Positions 14,428 to 22,789 of a stretch of 46,142 nucleotides of DNA are shown here, one piece after another. This DNA is from a virus, in the IMG/VR virus record IMGVR_UViG_3300002461_000164, positions 1-46,142 of that record, one strand, 5' to 3'. The position numbers and the translations under genes were made by a program. How positions within the stretch are numbered: the first letter of the stretch is position 1; each line of letters starts with the position of its first letter. A model generated the notes under the pieces. It did not search any database and was not told the DNA's origin. It was given only the letters and a program-made list of their open reading frames with translations.

Positions 14428-14456
14428 AGGCGGGAATCATTCCCGCCTCTTTTTTT
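14428..14456 (+). terminator. Rho-independent terminator
   Basis: AGGCGGGA-ATCAT-TCCCGCCT followed by CTTTTTTT. It lies immediately upstream of promoter module C. Confidence 0.85.
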
Positions 14457-14457
14457 G

Positions 14458-14486
14458 CTTGACAATGCGGAACAAACGACTAAATT
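14458..14486 (+). promoter_or_regulatory. Sigma70-like promoter module, copy C
   Basis: CTTGACAATGCGGAACAAACGACTAAATT is identical to copies A and B over 29 nt. -35 lies at 14459..14464 and -10 at 14481..14486. Confidence 0.65.
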
Positions 14487-14513
14487 CAGATCACACCAAC
14501 CGGAGACGCCGCC

Positions 14514-14765
14514 ATGACCTACGCCGAAGCAATCGCCGCTTATGAAGCCGCAAACGTCGAATGGGCGGAAGCTTGCCGCGTGTTCGACGTCGCAACCAAG
14601 GCTTTCCGCTCGGCGCCCGTCGCCGACTATGCAGCGTTCGGCGAGGCACAGAAGATTTTCGCAGCCGCAAAAGACAAGATCAACGCCGCACAGGACGCTA
14701 TTCCGGAGGAACCGGCCGCGGCGATCGAAGCTGAAACCGACGACCAGTCGGCATTTGATTTCTAA
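14514..14765 (+). CDS. Hypothetical Ala-rich helical protein (83 aa)
   Basis: First ORF after promoter module C, with the same CGGAGACGCCGCCATGACC leader as 13452. Confidence 0.7.
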   Translation: MTYAEAIAAYEAANVEWAEACRVFDVATKAFRSAPVADYAAFGEAQKIFAAAKDKINAAQDAIPEEPAAAIEAETDDQSAFDF

Positions 14766-14784
14766 TTTCACAGGAGCCGCCGCA

Positions 14785-15045
14785 ATGGTCCGCAGTCGCA
14801 AATACCAGTTTCACGCTTACCCCGGAGCGTATGACGGGACGCATGCCACGTTGGCGACCGTTACCGTGCACGTTCTCAATAGCGAAGCATCGGCGCGTGC
14901 TTATGCTGGTCGGATAGCGCGTCGCGTCAATGGTCCCGTCGACTTAGCTGTTGACGGAAAAGAGCCGTGGGAAGATCGTTATATAACGACCGCTCGCCCT
15001 AGTGAGTTTCACGTTTCAGGCTACGCATTCGAACGCCTCACCTAA
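14785..15045 (+). CDS. Hypothetical protein (86 aa)
   Basis: AGGAG lies 8 nt upstream of ATG 14785. The upstream part of track ORF 14542 overlaps the previous gene and is junk-like. Confidence 0.6.
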   Translation: MVRSRKYQFHAYPGAYDGTHATLATVTVHVLNSEASARAYAGRIARRVNGPVDLAVDGKEPWEDRYITTARPSEFHVSGYAFERLT

Positions 15046-15089
15046 CCGCGCCGGGACGGTCTCCCGGTCAACTCCAGGAAGGAACGACA

Positions 15090-15479
15090 ATGGACAATTT
15101 TAAGCTGGAAATGCGCAACCCTTTTGAGTTCGGCTTTTGCGCGTCATGGCAGAAAGACGGCAACGATTATCATACGTGGATCGACAACCGCGGCGACTAT
15201 GAGGGGAAGCTTTACCGTCGCGTCACGGGCGCCCCGTCGAGTTCCATCAAGACGCTCGACCTTTCCGCCAAGGTCCACACCGCGACCCGTTCAGCACTCG
15301 CCGAGCGCGTGACGCCGGAGACGATCGCCGCCGCTCGGGAAGCTTTCCAACGGCCGTTTATGCTTCCGCTCGACTGTCTGACCGCCCTGACGCCGGACGC
15401 ACGCGCCGCATTCGATCTGTTCATTGAAGCGGCGACGCCGGACGATATCAAGCTAGCCGCGCGCCTCTTGGCAAGTTGA
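15090..15479 (+). CDS. Hypothetical protein (129 aa)
   Basis: AGGAAGGA RBS. Its 3' end converges on, and overlaps by 32 nt, the 3' end of the primase gene. Confidence 0.7.
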   Translation: MDNFKLEMRNPFEFGFCASWQKDGNDYHTWIDNRGDYEGKLYRRVTGAPSSSIKTLDLSAKVHTATRSALAERVTPETIAAAREAFQRPFMLPLDCLTALTPDARAAFDLFIEAATPDDIKLAARLLAS

Positions 15480-17712
15480 CCAGCGATGGCGGCGTGAGGC
15501 TGCGATAGCCTTGCGCCAAAGCATATTCCTCGATTCCGATTGAACGGTTGTACAGCGTCCGATGCACGAACAGCACCGGACGTTTTCCGTCTTCCTCGCC
15601 GATCACCCGCGACACTCTCCCGACTTCCCGATACCCTAAAGACTCGAGCATCGGCGCGACTTTGTTGCGCGCGATCCGTAGTCCTTTTTCCTTCAACATC
15701 ACGTCCAGGGGATAGGACGATATCCAGCCGTTGCGGAATCCGGGTTCTTCCATCTTGATCATGTGCAGAATTTCTTGCTCGATACGGCCTAGACTCGCTT
15801 CAATTGCTTCGTCCGTCGTGCTGGTCTCGGGCGCCCTGTGACAGTCACCGGCCGGGTTCAGATCGGCGGGAATGGCATAATCCATCAGGTAATCCGTGAT
15901 CATTTCATAGCCGCCCGAGCGCGCCCAACGGTAAAGGTTCGGGAAATAGTCGCCGGTCATGCCGTAAAATGACAGATCGTCAAAAACTTGCTGTGCCGTG
16001 AAAAGCACCGCATATCGGCGATCGTTGCGCGTCTTCATGATGGCGTCACGATGGTTTGTGCAAAAAACCCAATTCGCAACGTTATCGATCATGCGCTTTT
16101 CACCGCCCTTGTTCTGGACTTCGATCCGCTCATTCGTGATCCACGGTTTCAGCGAGTCCAGGACTTCCCGGCGCTCCCGCATGTGGATTTCCTCGACGCC
16201 GATAAAAAGCTTGTTTTCCAAGAACGCGTTGAACTTGTTCGAAAGGTCTTCCGCGGCCGGCGAGTGCGAATAGCGGGCGCCGACGGCTGATGACAGATAC
16301 CGCGTGATAAACGATTTTCCGTTTCCTTCCACGCCCTGCAGCACCACCGCCCATTGAAATTTAACGCCAGGATTGCGGATCAGCGCCGCCATGTAAGCGA
16401 GCAAAATATCACGGTCCCGCTGATCGGGCAGAAGCTTTTTCAGGAACTCCACAAACGGCGAGATATCGCCGGGACGCCGCACCACCGGCTGCGGCTGATA
16501 GACATTGATCAGTCCGTTAATGATGACGCCGGGCGCCTCCAACGGACGAAAGCACATATCGAAAACCTTCGGGAAGTTCCATGCGCGGTTCTGCGTAAAC
16601 GCCTCGAATGCGTCGCGGCTCGGGCGCCCGTTGTCGCCTTGCATCTGGAATTCTTTCCCGCCGTACTGAACGCGGAACTGTTCTGGCTTTAGCAGATCGC
16701 CACCGGGCACCATGATTTTGTGCACGGCGCGGATATAGACACAGCCGGCGAACCACTCGACCATTTCGTTGATAGTCAGGAACTCGGCGGGATTGCGCGT
16801 CGCTTGTTCTTCGCGCGGGACATTGTAGACGCCTGTCTGTCCGGATATCGCGTTGCGGATCGTGTCAGCCGCATATTCCGGCCGCGATTCGTATTTCGGT
16901 CGCATCAGCATCGACCGACGGTAAAGCCTATCCATTCTGACCGGGTTTTTACCGGTCCAGAACGCCAGATGCGACATTAGGGCGGCATCGGCCCGGCTGC
17001 GGTCAAACACGTCGCCACCGACCGACGGGAACGCCTGGACAAGCGCCGCGGCGTCGCCGCTCCACAGTTCGGCGAATGTCGCCTTTGTGCCGAACGCGCC
17101 GCCGACGGATTTGGACCGCATAGCGAGCCGCAGCAATTCGTCATCATCGTTCGTGCCGGTCCACTCGGCGACGGCCTTATCTTCGAAAGCCGTCGTCACC
17201 AGTTCGGCCGGCGTTTTTGCCGGGACCATCTGCAACAGCGTCGCGGTGCAGTCCTTCCCGAAATCACCCGTGAAGCCGTGACCTAGCGCCATGAAGCGGC
17301 CGGCCGTGTAGAATTCGAGCCAGTTGCTAGGACGGTTCACGGTCCCGAATCTGTGCTTGCGATCCATCAGCCGGGATTTGTCGCATGTCCCGACGATGTG
17401 CAGTCCGGTTCCGCTTATCGAGATTTCCGCCGCGGCGCCTGCGAACTGTTGAAAAATCGCCGTCGCTTCGTCATTCCAGCCGTTGCCGGATCGGCAATCG
17501 TCCAGGTCCAGGAAAAAGAACGGATCGGCGTCAGTGAAGACGAATCCGACCGGATGGCCCGTCGCGGTTGCCTGATCGTGCGTCTTCCAATTTTCCGGTT
17601 TCAGATGGTCGATCGGAAAACCTGTGACCGCGTCAAACGGAACCTTTTTCGGCTTCTTGCCCGGTTCCGGCACGTAATGCCAGTTGATAAATTGTCGGTA
17701 TGTCCTGATCAT
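15448..17712 (-). CDS. Bifunctional primase-polymerase / SF3 (D5/P4-type) helicase
   Basis: N-terminal prim-pol-like region (FVFTDADPFFFLDLDD...SISGTGLHIV) and a P4-family C-terminal domain with Walker A GVEGNGKS. ATGA overlap with the upstream gene at 17709..17712. Confidence 0.85.
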   Translation of the reverse strand: MIRTYRQFINWHYVPEPGKKPKKVPFDAVTGFPIDHLKPENWKTHDQATATGHPVGFVFTDADPFFFLDLDDCRSGNGWNDEATAIFQQFAGAAAEISISGTGLHIVGTCDKSRLMDRKHRFGTVNRPSNWLEFYTAGRFMALGHGFTGDFGKDCTATLLQMVPAKTPAELVTTAFEDKAVAEWTGTNDDDELLRLAMRSKSVGGAFGTKATFAELWSGDAAALVQAFPSVGGDVFDRSRADAALMSHLAFWTGKNPVRMDRLYRRSMLMRPKYESRPEYAADTIRNAISGQTGVYNVPREEQATRNPAEFLTINEMVEWFAGCVYIRAVHKIMVPGGDLLKPEQFRVQYGGKEFQMQGDNGRPSRDAFEAFTQNRAWNFPKVFDMCFRPLEAPGVIINGLINVYQPQPVVRRPGDISPFVEFLKKLLPDQRDRDILLAYMAALIRNPGVKFQWAVVLQGVEGNGKSFITRYLSSAVGARYSHSPAAEDLSNKFNAFLENKLFIGVEEIHMRERREVLDSLKPWITNERIEVQNKGGEKRMIDNVANWVFCTNHRDAIMKTRNDRRYAVLFTAQQVFDDLSFYGMTGDYFPNLYRWARSGGYEMITDYLMDYAIPADLNPAGDCHRAPETSTTDEAIEASLGRIEQEILHMIKMEEPGFRNGWISSYPLDVMLKEKGLRIARNKVAPMLESLGYREVGRVSRVIGEEDGKRPVLFVHRTLYNRSIGIEEYALAQGYRSLTPPSLVNLPRGARLA

Positions 17713-17951
17713 GACTTGCCAAGCACCGACCATTGCCGCCGCACTTCGGCGCTCGCGCTCGGCGCCGAAACGATCGCCTGCCACAGTACCGGCTTGGTCG
17801 CAAAGTAGTGCCGGACCAATCGGACCGACATTGCGAACTCACACTCGGCGGCGATCCGCAGATGCGTGACCGATACCAACCCGTCACGATTGGCGAGTTC
17901 CACGCCCGTTGCAACGATCGCTCGCTGCCGCTGTTCCGCTGTTAAACGCAT
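17709..17951 (-). CDS. HTH-only TetR_N-like DNA-binding protein (80 aa)
   Basis: RQRAIVATGVELANRDGLVSVTHLRIAAECEFAMSVRLVRHYFATKPVLWQAIV follows the TetR N-terminal HTH pattern. No ligand-binding domain is present. Confidence 0.55.
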   Translation of the reverse strand: MRLTAEQRQRAIVATGVELANRDGLVSVTHLRIAAECEFAMSVRLVRHYFATKPVLWQAIVSAPSASAEVRRQWSVLGKS

Positions 17952-18412
17952 CGGCTTGTATAATCCTGACTGGACGTTGCGAACGTGGCGATCCCGCCCA
18001 TGCGTTCAACATCGGTTAAGAAATTGCGTTGCGCAATCTCCCGTTCCGTTCCGGTAAACTTCCATCCGGGTTTTTTTACTTCCACCGCAGTAAACACCCC
18101 AAAGATTCGACCGTGCCAGTTTATCGGCGTTATACCGATCAGATCAGACGACTTGAATACGGCATTGAATTTTGCACTGTCATTTGCCAGTCCGAACCTT
18201 ATCAAGCGGCTCGTTTCGTCAACCATTGCTCCAGAATTGTTGCGCCACAGGGAACCACCGAACCGCGGCGCCAACACGCGCAATTCAGCTTGTAACATAG
18301 CTTCCGATCCACCGGGTAGCGATTCGAAACCGGGCAAAAAAAGCGCCTGGAGTTCCGCCCATGCCTGCGGTGTTATGTTATTACGTATCGCCCAATCGTG
18401 AAGCCGGTTCAT
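17942..18412 (-). CDS. VRR-NUC domain nuclease
   Basis: SSDLIGI...FTAVEVKKPG...REIAQRNFLTDVERMGGIA matches the D...E-x-K and Q..F...G pattern of VRR-NUC. ATGA overlap at 18409..18412. Confidence 0.7.
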   Translation of the reverse strand: MNRLHDWAIRNNITPQAWAELQALFLPGFESLPGGSEAMLQAELRVLAPRFGGSLWRNNSGAMVDETSRLIRFGLANDSAKFNAVFKSSDLIGITPINWHGRIFGVFTAVEVKKPGWKFTGTEREIAQRNFLTDVERMGGIATFATSSQDYTSRCV

Positions 18413-18594
18413 TGCTCGGCGTCCTGGTGGAACCGCCAAACGTCGCCGTCTCGGCGCCACTCTCCCGAAACTGTCTCGATACGATCCGGCACGATATCGT
18501 CAGGATCGTAGTCGTATAAGAGCCGCAGTTCGCTTTCCGTCGCGTGCGGCTTCAACTGGTCAAGCAGGTGCATGACTTCCTGACTGTCGCTCAT
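18409..18594 (-). CDS. Hypothetical acidic protein (61 aa)
   Basis: ATGA overlap with the helicase stop (18591..18594). Sequence MSDSQEVMHLLDQLKPHATESEL... Confidence 0.55.
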   Translation of the reverse strand: MSDSQEVMHLLDQLKPHATESELRLLYDYDPDDIVPDRIETVSGEWRRDGDVWRFHQDAEQ

Positions 18595-20285
18595 GTGAAT
18601 TTTTCCCGTACCATTGCCGTTAATTTTAGCGCGTCCGGCGTCCCGAGCGTTTTTGCCGTCGCCACGTCGATCCCGAAAATATGATAAAATCGCCGATACA
18701 TTTCCGAATCTGATCGGCCGTACACGTCGCGGCCGATTCCCGCCCATAGCGCGATACACTCGCGCAATTGCGCCTGTGCTTCCTGACGCTCGCGCCAGCG
18801 CGCTTTGATAGCCAGGACGACATGCGGCGGCGCGTCGCGCGGTATCAGCGCCGGACCGTCTATCCGGTCCACTTCACCACGCATCGCCGCCAGCAACTCG
18901 GGCGAATATTCGGTTAGATCGCCGTCGACAAATGCCGGCGAGCCGCGGCCGATAACAGGCTGTGCCAATCCGCAGAACGGGCAAATCGACGTCACGCGCG
19001 GGAACGATCGGAAACAATGAACACAGGACGTCACCGGAATAACATCGTCATCTGTCGCACCGCGCCGGCCCGCCTCGATATCGTCCAATGACCACAGGCG
19101 CGGCCGATCTGGTGGCCCCTGGTGCCGCACCAGATTGCCGACGTGGTCGACGTAAATCCCGAACGGTTTCGGTCCCGCGGCGATCGAAGCGAGCCGGTCA
19201 GCATCCGTCACGCCGCGGCCGTTCGGATCGAACCCTTGACAATAGATCGGCCGCATCATCCGGCCGAACCGTTGCGCGTATGAGGCATAAGATTGCGTCG
19301 GCGCCCCGTCCTGGACGACTTCCACAACCGGGACGTCGGTTCCCTCGCCGAACAGTCCGACGTTGACCACGTTCAGCAACTCGCCGCGCGCCAGCTTTTC
19401 CAGGACACTAGTCCGAATGTGGTCCGGCGTCTCGGCACTTACCGCAGCGGACGGCACGCCGGCCGAGTTGAACGCCGCCGAAGTCTGAATTGCAATTTCG
19501 ACGTCGACCACAAATGATATCGCGCGTTTTCCAGGCACAAGCGCAATATAGTGCTTGATCATGTCTCCCGTGATGGTCGATTTATGCGCCGCCTTCCGCA
19601 ACGAATCTTGCTGGTAATCTCCCGTTGCGTCCGACGTGAGAACCTTGCTTAGATCGATCGATTGCGGCGGACCGAAACAAATATAATCGGATAGATATCC
19701 ACGGTTCACCAGTTCGCGCGGCGTCGGTCCAAGCACGATTTTATGAAAGACGCCCGATTTTTTGACGCCGAGCGCCTTCCGATCGGCGCGGACCGGAGTT
19801 GCGGTCAGTCCTAGACCATACGCGTTCCGGAAAAGAGCGACCGCCTTTCCCCATTTGTTATCACGCAAGACGTGGTGCGCTTCGTCAATATCCCACAATC
19901 GGATTTGATTAAAATATTGAACTAGCTGTTCAGTGCGGCGGATCAGCGTGTCAACACCCGCGACGGACGCATTTGCATTGTTATTGTGATACGATCGACC
20001 ATAATGCTTGACATGCTGCGTTATGCAGAACTGGATTACCGCTTTTGGTGCGATGATCCTATGATACACGCCATATTTCGCCATCGCTTTCGATATCTGC
20101 GATACAAGTTCTTGCCTATGCGCTATCGCAACGCTTGGCACGGGATTTTCTGAAAAGATCGACCCTTTGAGTTCCGTTTTTCCCGAGCCAGTCGGCGACA
20201 CGGCAAGTACATTCGGCGCACCTGACTGCCACGCTTCGTATATCCCGGCTTTAAGCTGTAACTGATAGTCGCGAAGAACTGGCAT
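18591..20285 (-). CDS. SF2 DEAD/DEAH-box DNA helicase with a C-terminal zinc ribbon
   Basis: LRDYQ..., Walker A SPTGSGKT, DEAH box (WDIDEAHH), and CVHCF...CPFCG. Confidence 0.85.
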   Translation of the reverse strand: MPVLRDYQLQLKAGIYEAWQSGAPNVLAVSPTGSGKTELKGSIFSENPVPSVAIAHRQELVSQISKAMAKYGVYHRIIAPKAVIQFCITQHVKHYGRSYHNNNANASVAGVDTLIRRTEQLVQYFNQIRLWDIDEAHHVLRDNKWGKAVALFRNAYGLGLTATPVRADRKALGVKKSGVFHKIVLGPTPRELVNRGYLSDYICFGPPQSIDLSKVLTSDATGDYQQDSLRKAAHKSTITGDMIKHYIALVPGKRAISFVVDVEIAIQTSAAFNSAGVPSAAVSAETPDHIRTSVLEKLARGELLNVVNVGLFGEGTDVPVVEVVQDGAPTQSYASYAQRFGRMMRPIYCQGFDPNGRGVTDADRLASIAAGPKPFGIYVDHVGNLVRHQGPPDRPRLWSLDDIEAGRRGATDDDVIPVTSCVHCFRSFPRVTSICPFCGLAQPVIGRGSPAFVDGDLTEYSPELLAAMRGEVDRIDGPALIPRDAPPHVVLAIKARWRERQEAQAQLRECIALWAGIGRDVYGRSDSEMYRRFYHIFGIDVATAKTLGTPDALKLTAMVREKFT

Positions 20286-20648
20286 TTATTCCCAACCGGC
20301 GAGCGTTACCGGAATTCCTGCAAATTTTGCTATGTTGATCATGTTGCGCGTTCCCTGGTGGCCCGGAAAAGCAATGACGCGATCCGGTTTCCAGTCCTCC
20401 ACCATCAGCGCATTGCGAATCGGTCCGGCCGCGCTATCATAACGATTCCACTGTGCCGGAACGCCGATAAACGGGATTTCCCGAGACAACGCCCATTCGA
20501 TCGCAAGCCAGTCCGCGCCGACATACCCGCCGCCGATTCGCTTCCGTTGCGCGCCGCAGATCAGTATCGAGACGTCGGCGGCGTCCAGCGTCTTACAGAC
20601 AAAGCCCGAGTCTCGATACGTCCGACCACCGCAAACCAAAACGCGCAT
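20286..20648 (-). CDS. SLOG-superfamily protein (DUF2493/YspA-like)
   Basis: MRVLVCGGRTYRD...GADWLAIEWA...AAGPIRNALM...VIAFPGHQGTRNMI follows the DUF2493 pattern. AGGGGA SD. Confidence 0.75.
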   Translation of the reverse strand: MRVLVCGGRTYRDSGFVCKTLDAADVSILICGAQRKRIGGGYVGADWLAIEWALSREIPFIGVPAQWNRYDSAAGPIRNALMVEDWKPDRVIAFPGHQGTRNMINIAKFAGIPVTLAGWE

Positions 20649-20721
20649 TTGGGATTCCCCTATTGACAGTTGTTAGCATTTATTGGCACTGTCGGTTTGT
20701 CAAGCAATGAAAGGAACCCGC
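20649..20721. promoter_or_regulatory. Divergent intergenic control region between the inverted replication module and the rightward replication genes
   Basis: TTGACA on the plus strand (20663..20668) and TTGACA on the minus strand (20703..20698, with TAAATG 15 nt downstream). The -10 elements are weak or uncertain. Confidence 0.35.
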
Positions 20722-21384
20722 ATGACAAAGAAACTCACCCTGACCATCGAAATTTCCGATGGGGAATATGAAGCACTGATCTCGCGCTTTTCGGGTACGG
20801 ATCGGCCTGTCTCGACCGGCGCGGATGCGTCTTCCTCGACCGAAACGGCGACGACGGCGACGACGGCAAGCGGATCGGGAACCGTCGACATGACCGCGCT
20901 GGACGTCAACGGCGTGCCGTGGCTCGAGTCGGTTCACGCCGGCACCAAGGCGAAGATTGGCGATGGAAGCTGGCGCGGCAAAGTCGGCGTGTCCAAGGAA
21001 CAGCGCGCCGCAGCAGAAGCGCCGTACCGCAACAAGCCGGCTGGTGGCGAGGCTTTCCAGGTTCCGGCGTCGATCGTCACACCCGGCGCCGCTCCCGGCT
21101 CGGCACCCGTGACCATCCCGGCCGGTCTCCCCGGTTTCCCGCCCGCAGGCGCCCCGGTCGGTCTCCCCGGTTTCCCGCCGGCCGCGCCGCCTCCGGTCAG
21201 CTATGACCAGATCGCCGCCCGCTATGGCGAACTCGCCGCGGCCGGCAAGGTGACTGCGGAAATGGTCCCGATCATCTATCAGCGCGCCGGCGTGTCCGAC
21301 GTCGCCGAACTGATGACGAACGAAAGTCTGCGGCGCAAGCTGATGGACGTTTTCGAGACTGTCGCGGCCGGAACGTTCGCGTAA
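20722..21384 (+). CDS. Hypothetical protein with a Thr/Ser-rich and Pro-rich repetitive centre (220 aa)
   Basis: AAAGGAA RBS before ATG 20722. It has a DVNGVPWLESVHAGTKAKIGDGSWRGKVG motif and a 36-bp DNA repeat (21124..21143 and 21160..21179) encoding GLPGFPPA. The antisense ORF 20680..21420 is Arg/Gly junk. Confidence 0.7.
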   Translation: MTKKLTLTIEISDGEYEALISRFSGTDRPVSTGADASSSTETATTATTASGSGTVDMTALDVNGVPWLESVHAGTKAKIGDGSWRGKVGVSKEQRAAAEAPYRNKPAGGEAFQVPASIVTPGAAPGSAPVTIPAGLPGFPPAGAPVGLPGFPPAAPPPVSYDQIAARYGELAAAGKVTAEMVPIIYQRAGVSDVAELMTNESLRRKLMDVFETVAAGTFA

Positions 21385-21396
21385 CGGTCCGACAAT

Positions 21397-21435
21397 CGCC
21401 GGCCGCACTACGGTTTCCACCGAATGCGGCCGGCG
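21397..21435 (+). terminator. Terminator-like 11-bp GC hairpin
   Basis: CGCCGGCCGCA-(17 nt)-TGCGGCCGGCG followed by TCATTCTTCA. The U-tract is weak. Confidence 0.45.
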
Positions 21436-21460
21436 TCATTCTTCATAGGGGTTTAGACAC

Positions 21461-21700
21461 ATGAGCGCCCGCGATCACTGGTCGACAGACGATTTGTGGA
21501 GGGATTGGCGGATTCATACCGTCAACGCCGCTCGATTGTCGCACCCATTCAAAAATTACGAAAAGATGCGCGCTAATTCTTCCATGCGGTCACTGATCGC
21601 TCGGCGCCCTGGTCTTTCCGCGCCTGACGAAAACGCCGCTGCGGCGATCGAAGGGCGGACGCCGTTCAGACGCGCCAACACGGCGAGGCCGCGCGCATGA
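21461..21700 (+). CDS. Hypothetical protein (79 aa)
   Basis: AGGGG RBS. ATGA overlap with the downstream nuclease gene. Confidence 0.6.
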   Translation: MSARDHWSTDDLWRDWRIHTVNAARLSHPFKNYEKMRANSSMRSLIARRPGLSAPDENAAAAIEGRTPFRRANTARPRA

Positions 21701-22785
21701 ATTCGCTGCAGCTTCGCCCGTCCGCTTCATATCGCTGGACCCGTTGCGCCGCGTCGGCGTCCTTTGAATCCACCGTGCCGCAAGAACCGGATAGCGACGA
21801 TGCGCGCGAAGGAACGTGCGCCGCATGGGTTGCCGACTGTGTCTTGCGTGGTGACGCGCACAGTGCCGGCGATCTGATCGACCGGAACCACGAAAACGGA
21901 TGGTTGGTAACGCCTGACATGGCGCAACACGTCCAGGGTTATGTTGATCTGGTCAAATCCCGCGGCGGGTTGACCACGTCGGAACAGTTCGTGCGGTTGA
22001 CGGAAAATATTGCCGGCACGCTCGATTCTTCCACCAGCGCAACGGGACCGTGTCTTTTCGTTGATGATCTGAAATACGGATTCAAGCTGGTCGAAGTTTG
22101 GGATTTGCCGCAACTGCTGATCTATGCCGGCGCCGAGTTGATGCGGCTCGGCTTTCCGCCGTCGATCACGCACGTTCAAATCGGCATTTACCAGCCGCGC
22201 GGTTTCCATCCCGACGGCATTTACCGCGTCCAAGTAATGACCGTCGCCGAGTTGTGGGAAAAAGTGCAATGGATCGTCGCGCGCTCGCACGAATGCCTTG
22301 CACCGCAGCCGATCGCGACACCCGGCCCGCAATGCACCGATTGCCGCGCCGCTTCGTCCTGTTACGCGCTTCTAGGCACGATCGCCGCGCAATGGTCCGT
22401 GCTGCAGGATCACCGTCAACGGCGCATGACTGCGGCGGAAGCGGCGCAACAATGGCTGTTCGTGGAAAACCTGGAAAAGATGGTCAAGGCGGCAAAATCC
22501 GCCTTGGACGCCGAGATTTCCGCGCGGATCAAGTCGGAACATTTTCCCGGTATTTACATGAAGCCGCGGACCGGGCATCGCAAATTCAAATATCCACCTG
22601 AAACCATCCGGTTCCTGACCGGCGTCGATCCGTTCGCCCGCGTGGCAATGACGCCGCCCGAACTGGAGCGCGCGGGCGCGGATGTTGGAATCGTCGCGGC
22701 TATTGCCGAGACGAATATAATCGGTCACAAACTCGACCGGTTAGGACCGAACCAAGTCAACAAAGCTTTCGCGAAAGGGAAGTGA
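21697..22785 (+). CDS. PD-(D/E)XK (Cas4/DUF2800-like) nuclease with Cys cluster
   Basis: N-terminal [15 protein letters not shown], a core FVDDLKYG...LVEV, and C-terminal [10 protein letters not shown]. This resembles the Cas4-like four-Cys arrangement. Confidence 0.65.
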   Translation: MNSLQLRPSASYRWTRCAASASFESTVPQEPDSDDAREGTCAAWVADCVLRGDAHSAGDLIDRNHENGWLVTPDMAQHVQGYVDLVKSRGGLTTSEQFVRLTENIAGTLDSSTSATGPCLFVDDLKYGFKLVEVWDLPQLLIYAGAELMRLGFPPSITHVQIGIYQPRGFHPDGIYRVQVMTVAELWEKVQWIVARSHECLAPQPIATPGPQCTDCRAASSCYALLGTIAAQWSVLQDHRQRRMTAAEAAQQWLFVENLEKMVKAAKSALDAEISARIKSEHFPGIYMKPRTGHRKFKYPPETIRFLTGVDPFARVAMTPPELERAGADVGIVAAIAETNIIGHKLDRLGPNQVNKAFAKGK

Positions 22786-22789
22786 CCAC

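Noticed and set aside
20681-20700. Sigma54-like TGGCAC element in the divergent promoter gap
   Set aside because: TGGCAC is present, but the required TTGC at the -12 position with correct spacing is not (TGGCACTGTCGGTTTGTC).
20680-21420. 246-aa minus-strand ORF antisense to gene 20722..21384
   Set aside because: It is Arg/Gly-rich junk (…RRRRGRRETGETDRGACGRETGETGRDGHG…) produced by reading the Pro-rich repeat backwards. The plus-strand frame has an RBS and sensible sequence.
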